From NCBI GenBank assembly GCA_035294245.1, contig DATGLG010000068.1, forward strand, positions 146,766-210,765: DNA of 64,000 bases, given 5' to 3'. Below the pieces are notes generated by a model. It saw nothing but the letters and a program-made list of their open reading frames with translations. It was not told where the DNA came from and did no database searches. Position numbers and translations under genes: made by a program. How positions within the stretch are numbered: position 1 is the first letter of the stretch; each line of letters starts with the position of its first letter. The stretch comes from Alphaproteobacteria bacterium. GTDB lineage: Bacteria > Pseudomonadota > Alphaproteobacteria > JACZXZ01. Shown here piece after piece: positions 60,650 to 64,000 of the stretch.

Positions 60650-60674
60650 TGTGATCGCTCACATAATTGTCACA
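60650..60674. promoter_or_regulatory. CRP/FNR-family-like palindrome TGTGA-N4-TCACA followed by a TGTCACA half-site, upstream of the lipoprotein-RR-HK operon
   Basis: ttGTGATcgcTCACAtaatTGTCACAgcg read directly, about 170-190 nt upstream of the lipoprotein start, in a lower-GC intergenic region. Confidence 0.3.
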
Positions 60675-61163
60675 GCGTAAGCGGAACGACAGCTCCGCCT
60701 CGCCGGTGAGCGGCAACGGTATGGACGTGATCCGAGACGGTTTATTCCGGGCGATTTGCTTCAGGTTGTCACCACGTCGATCATCGGCCAGATTGCCGCA
60801 GAGCAGTTCAGTGTTTTCCGGTAGTGGGAGGTGCCGGAGCGGCGGGAGATTCCGGATGCTCTCCTCTCAACGTCCGCTCGATGCGCGAAAGCTGTTCGTT
60901 GGCCTCGTCGTTCTTTCCGTCGCTGCAAAGGACCGCTGCCTTTGCCAGCCGCCTTTTGATGTCCATGAGTTCCGGCCGGTCGGAGAGAGCGTCCGCGAGC
61001 TTGCGTACGCGATCACTGCAAGGCGGCGGGGGCGGCAGCGCTTCGGCGCCTCGCGCCGCCGTACCCGACAGTAGGCCATTGAGGGACAGCATGAGGCCGG
61101 CAATCACGACGGCCGCGACCTCGATGCCCACCTTGCGAGTGGGCGGCGCATGGGCGCTTCCGG

Positions 61164-61586
61164 TCAGGGAACGGACCAGGAGCCGGCGAGACCCGCAATG
61201 GCCGCAAGCCCGACCAGCACGACGGCGCCCCACAAGGCCAGGCGGGTGATGGCAACGACGAGCAGGTAGCGGGACAATCTGCTCGCAAGGTGCTGCAGCT
61301 TCAGCGGCGGCGAGCCGGGCCGAATCCGGAATAACTCGCGGAGCTCGGCGTTCAGCCTCTGATAGCAGCGGGCCCGGGCGGCCTGCTGGGGGTGCCGCGT
61401 CAGATAGACTTCGATCCGGCGGCGGTCCAACGGCGCGAGGTGGTCGTCCACATAGGCGTGGATCTCCGTCTCCGCAACTTCGCGTGGGAAAAAATAGATC
61501 GCCCCTGGAGGAGCAACGCCCTGCCGATCCTCTTCGCTCGGCGTCCAAGCGTCTTTCCATTGATCCTTAAACACGATGGCCCTCAT
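61164..61586 (-). CDS. Orphan anti-sigma-factor-like membrane protein (N-terminal anti-sigma domain + single TM), possibly truncated
   Basis: …ETEIHAYVDDHLAPLDRRRIEVYLTRHPQQAARARCYQRLNAELREL… followed by the TM segment LLVVAITRLALWGAVVLVGLAAIAGLAG. The ORF ends 8 aa after the TM. An adjacent frame continues as a protein-like ~105-aa sequence. Confidence 0.45.
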   Translation of the reverse strand: MRAIVFKDQWKDAWTPSEEDRQGVAPPGAIYFFPREVAETEIHAYVDDHLAPLDRRRIEVYLTRHPQQAARARCYQRLNAELRELFRIRPGSPPLKLQHLASRLSRYLLVVAITRLALWGAVVLVGLAAIAGLAGSWSVP

Positions 61587-61898
61587 GCCCGGATCTGGTC
61601 AAAGGCCGACCGGTCGCTGTTATGAGCTTGTCCTACTGACCTTGGACTCCGAGCTTTATTCCCGCGCGCCGCCTTCCATCGCGATCGAAAGCACCGGCGC
61701 GCGCATTGGCTCCCGATAACGCCATGCGCGCCAATGCAAATATATGATGGGCGCAACCGATGCCGCCGCCTTCTCCGGAATAATATCGTCCCTGAAACGT
61801 CTACTGCCCTGTATCGCGAGCGCATTCCCGCCGAGCCCGCCATGCGCCTGGATCGCCGATTTGCGATGGCGGCTCGTCCTGTCCGGAGGTCGTCGTTA

Positions 61899-62849
61899 AT
61901 GGTGAAACGCATACGGAAGGCAATTTTCCCCGTCGGAGGCTTGGGAACCCGTTTTCTTCCCGCGACCAAGGCCATGCCAAAGGAGATGTTGCCGGTCGTA
62001 GACAAGCCCCTGATCCAATATGCCGTGGACGAAGCGCGTACTGCCGGCATCGAGGAATTTATCTTTGTCACGGGGCGCGACAAGACGGCGATCGAGGACC
62101 ATTTCGATCATTGCTACGAGCTCGAGGATCTCCTCGCCACGCGCGGAAAGACGAAGCAGCTCGAAGAGGTGGAGCAATCCGTCTTGCAGCCGGGCCAGAT
62201 CGCCTATATTCGGCAGCAGCGCCCGCTTGGGCTGGGCCATGCGGTCTGGTGCGCGCGCAATTTGGTCGGCGACGAGCCCTTTGCCGTCCTGCTCGCGGAC
62301 GACCTCATTCTGGCCGAGCGTCCTTGCCTCGCACAGATGGTGGAGGCCTACGAAGACGCCGGCGGCAGCGTACTCGCGGTCATGGATGTGCCGCCCTCGC
62401 AAGTGAACCGCTATGGCATCGTCAACCCCGGGGCATCGCGCGGCAATCTGATCGAGATGCGCGGTCTCGTGGAGAAGCCGAATGCGAAGGAGTCGCCGTC
62501 GAATCTTGCCGTCATCGGTCGCTATATCTTGGAGCCGAGCGTGCTGCAGCACCTCGGGCGCCTGCGCCCGGGCGCCGGCGGCGAGCTCCAGTTGACCGAT
62601 GCGATCGCGAAGCTGATCGGTGAGAGTCCGCTCTACGGCTATCGTTTCGAGGGCCGGCGCTTCGATTGCGGCGACAAGATCGGGTTTTTCGAAGCGAATC
62701 TCGCCTTCACGCTCGCGCGGCCGGACCTGGCCCCTGCGGCGCATCGGCTGCTCGAGCGTTATGCCGCCGCCCGAGCCGAGGAGGAGGATCGCACCCTTCC
62801 CTATCCCTCCCTCCGGACGCCGAAAGCGGACGTCGCGGTCGGCGTTTAG
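61899..62849 (+). CDS. galU: UTP--glucose-1-phosphate uridylyltransferase
   Basis: ATG 61899 after GGAGGT. KAIFPVGGLGTRFLPATKAMPKEMLPVVDKPLIQY… is the canonical GalU N-terminus. ORF 61734..62849. Confidence 0.85.
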   Translation: MVKRIRKAIFPVGGLGTRFLPATKAMPKEMLPVVDKPLIQYAVDEARTAGIEEFIFVTGRDKTAIEDHFDHCYELEDLLATRGKTKQLEEVEQSVLQPGQIAYIRQQRPLGLGHAVWCARNLVGDEPFAVLLADDLILAERPCLAQMVEAYEDAGGSVLAVMDVPPSQVNRYGIVNPGASRGNLIEMRGLVEKPNAKESPSNLAVIGRYILEPSVLQHLGRLRPGAGGELQLTDAIAKLIGESPLYGYRFEGRRFDCGDKIGFFEANLAFTLARPDLAPAAHRLLERYAAARAEEEDRTLPYPSLRTPKADVAVGV

Positions 62850-62934
62850 GGCTACGCTTCGCGCGTATCCAGTCCGGTGGCGCCGGCTCGGCCGGCATCA
62901 ACCGCTGTCGAACGAACAACAGGCGGGGTAGACC

Positions 62935-64000
62935 ATGGCCGGCTATCGCATGCACCCATCCATCCTGCGCGAATACGACATTCGCGGAGTCGTGGGCGAG
63001 ACTCTCACGACGGACGACGCCCTTGCCCTTGGTCGCGCCTTCGGCTCCTTCGTCGCCGCGCGGGGCGGACGGACTGTGGCGCTGGGAGAAGACGGACGCG
63101 TGAGCTCGCCTGCCCTCGCCTCCCGGTTCGCGGAGGGCCTGTCCGCGACGGGCATGGCCGTCTTTCGCATCGGCCTCGGACCGACGCCGATGCTCTACTA
63201 TGCAGGAAAATCGCTTGGTGCCGACGGCGCCGTCATGGTCACCGGCTCCCACAACCCGCCAGATCAGAACGGCTTCAAGATGGTGGTCAAGGGTGCGGCG
63301 ATTTACGGCGACGACATTCGGAAGCTTGGCGAGATCGCGCAAGCCGGCGCTTTCGCGAGCGGCGCCGGACGCGTCGTCGAGCGACCCGTCATGGAGGCCT
63401 ATCTCGATCGGCTGCTCCATGACGTGGATGTCGGGCGACCGCTCACCATCGCCTGGGACGCGGGGAACGGCGCGACGGGCGCCCTTCTCGACAAGCTGTG
63501 CGCCAACCTCCCCGGCCGGCATATCGTCCTCAACGGGGCCGTCGACGGCACCTTCCCCGCTCATCATCCCGACCCAACAGTGCCGGAGACCCTCGAAGAG
63601 CTGCGCAAGGTTGTCCTATCGGAGCGTTGCGATTTCGGCGTGGCCTTCGACGGCGACGGCGATCGCATCGGCATTGTGGACAATGAGGGCGAGATCCTGT
63701 GGGGCGACCAGATCATGGTCTTCCTCGCCGAGGATGTCCTCAGCGTCAATCCCGGGGCCACGATCATCGCCGATGTGAAGGCGAGCCAGGTTCTTTTCGA
63801 TGAGATTTCCCGGATGGGCGGGACACCGCTCATGTGGCGCACCGGCCATTCCCTGATCAAGGCGAAGATGGCAGAAACCAAGGCGCTGCTCGCCGGCGAG
63901 ATGAGTGGGCATATCTTCTTCGCCGATCGCTATTACGGATATGACGACGCGCTCTACGCGGGAATTCGGTTCATGAATGTCGTCTCCCGCGCGACGGGCA
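62935..64000 (+). CDS. Phosphomannomutase/phosphoglucomutase (alpha-D-phosphohexomutase family), 5' part; continues beyond the window
   Basis: Translated by hand from ATG 62935: MAGYRMHPSILREYDIRGVVGETLT…VMVTGSHNPPDQNGFKMV… (TGSHNP active-site loop) …FDGDGDR… It is not in the ORF track because it is open at the window end. Confidence 0.8.
   Translation, partial: MAGYRMHPSILREYDIRGVVGETLTTDDALALGRAFGSFVAARGGRTVALGEDGRVSSPALASRFAEGLSATGMAVFRIGLGPTPMLYYAGKSLGADGAVMVTGSHNPPDQNGFKMVVKGAAIYGDDIRKLGEIAQAGAFASGAGRVVERPVMEAYLDRLLHDVDVGRPLTIAWDAGNGATGALLDKLCANLPGRHIVLNGAVDGTFPAHHPDPTVPETLEELRKVVLSERCDFGVAFDGDGDRIGIVDNEGEILWGDQIMVFLAEDVLSVNPGATIIADVKASQVLFDEISRMGGTPLMWRTGHSLIKAKMAETKALLAGEMSGHIFFADRYYGYDDALYAGIRFMNVVSRATG

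Noticed and set aside
60531-60716. 61-aa ORF (TTG start) in the intergenic region upstream of the lipoprotein gene
   Set aside because: Composition is protein-like, but it starts with TTG and has no RBS. Third-codon-position GC is much lower than in neighbouring genes. It overlaps the region carrying the CRP-like palindrome, so it is more likely promoter DNA.
61583-62083. 166-aa minus-strand ORF overlapping the galU start and the divergent intergenic region
   Set aside because: Arg-rich and non-conserved-looking; overlaps the well-supported galU N-terminus on the other strand.
62707-63778. Three ORFs (62707..63567 -, 62877..63422 +, 63200..63778 +) over the end of the window
   Set aside because: Hand translation from ATG 62935 gives a clean phosphomannomutase/phosphoglucomutase with the TGSHNP active-site loop in the remaining frame. 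The listed ORFs are alternative-frame artefacts.

Overview
This is a high-GC chromosomal segment, alphaproteobacterial or Rhizobiales-like in gene content and codon style, dominated by transport and catabolic operons plus one large exopolysaccharide locus. No rRNA, tRNA, CRISPR array or obvious mobile element was recognised. All calls are from reading the translations and sequence; no database searches were run.

Gene content, in order along the window:
- **1-7.1 kb (+):** a LivK-type ABC transporter fragment (permease C-terminus, binding protein, LivF-like ATPase), a PaaK-like adenylate-forming ligase, and a TRAP transporter (DctP plus fused DctQM).
- **7.1-13.2 kb:** a LysR regulator divergent from a GST; a PNPOx-like flavoprotein; a glycine-zipper lipoprotein with a long Pro/Ala/Ser-rich tail; a second GST divergent from a TetR regulator; a VOC/PhnB-like protein.
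- **13.2-17.7 kb (-):** a polar amino-acid ABC transporter with a DadA-like FAD oxidoreductase.
- **17.8-19.7 kb:** a hypothetical secreted protein divergent from a class III adenylate cyclase.
- **19.7-24.2 kb (-):** a carbohydrate ABC importer.
- **24.7-35.1 kb (+):** a hexuronate-type catabolic locus: uxaC, a mannitol-dehydrogenase-family reductase, a PotABCD-like ABC transporter, an enolase-superfamily mannonate dehydratase (ManD), an AGE-family epimerase and a FadR/GntR regulator.
- **35.2-42.6 kb:** a DUF4170-like protein, an MlaC-like protein and a hypothetical lipoprotein, followed on the - strand by the operon MFS(OFA)-YkgJ-PurC-like-RuBisCO-like protein-cupin, then a PAP2 phosphatase.
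- **42.6-57.6 kb:** an EPS locus with six glycosyltransferases, a polyprenyl-phosphate sugar transferase, an ExoP/Wzc-like protein, a Wza-like protein, gmd, galE and manC.
- **57.7-64.0 kb:** a two-component system with an upstream lipoprotein, an orphan anti-sigma-like gene, galU, and a partial phosphomannomutase/phosphoglucomutase.

The most interesting candidate is the 5-gene operon at 36.7-41.7 kb, centred on a form-IV RuBisCO-like protein whose metal-ligand motif reads KDDH instead of KDDE. It is co-transcribed with a long-form SAICAR-synthetase (PurC) paralog, a Cys-cluster protein, a cupin and an oxalate/formate-type MFS transporter. A GntR-type palindrome sits just upstream. No known pathway explains this gene combination.
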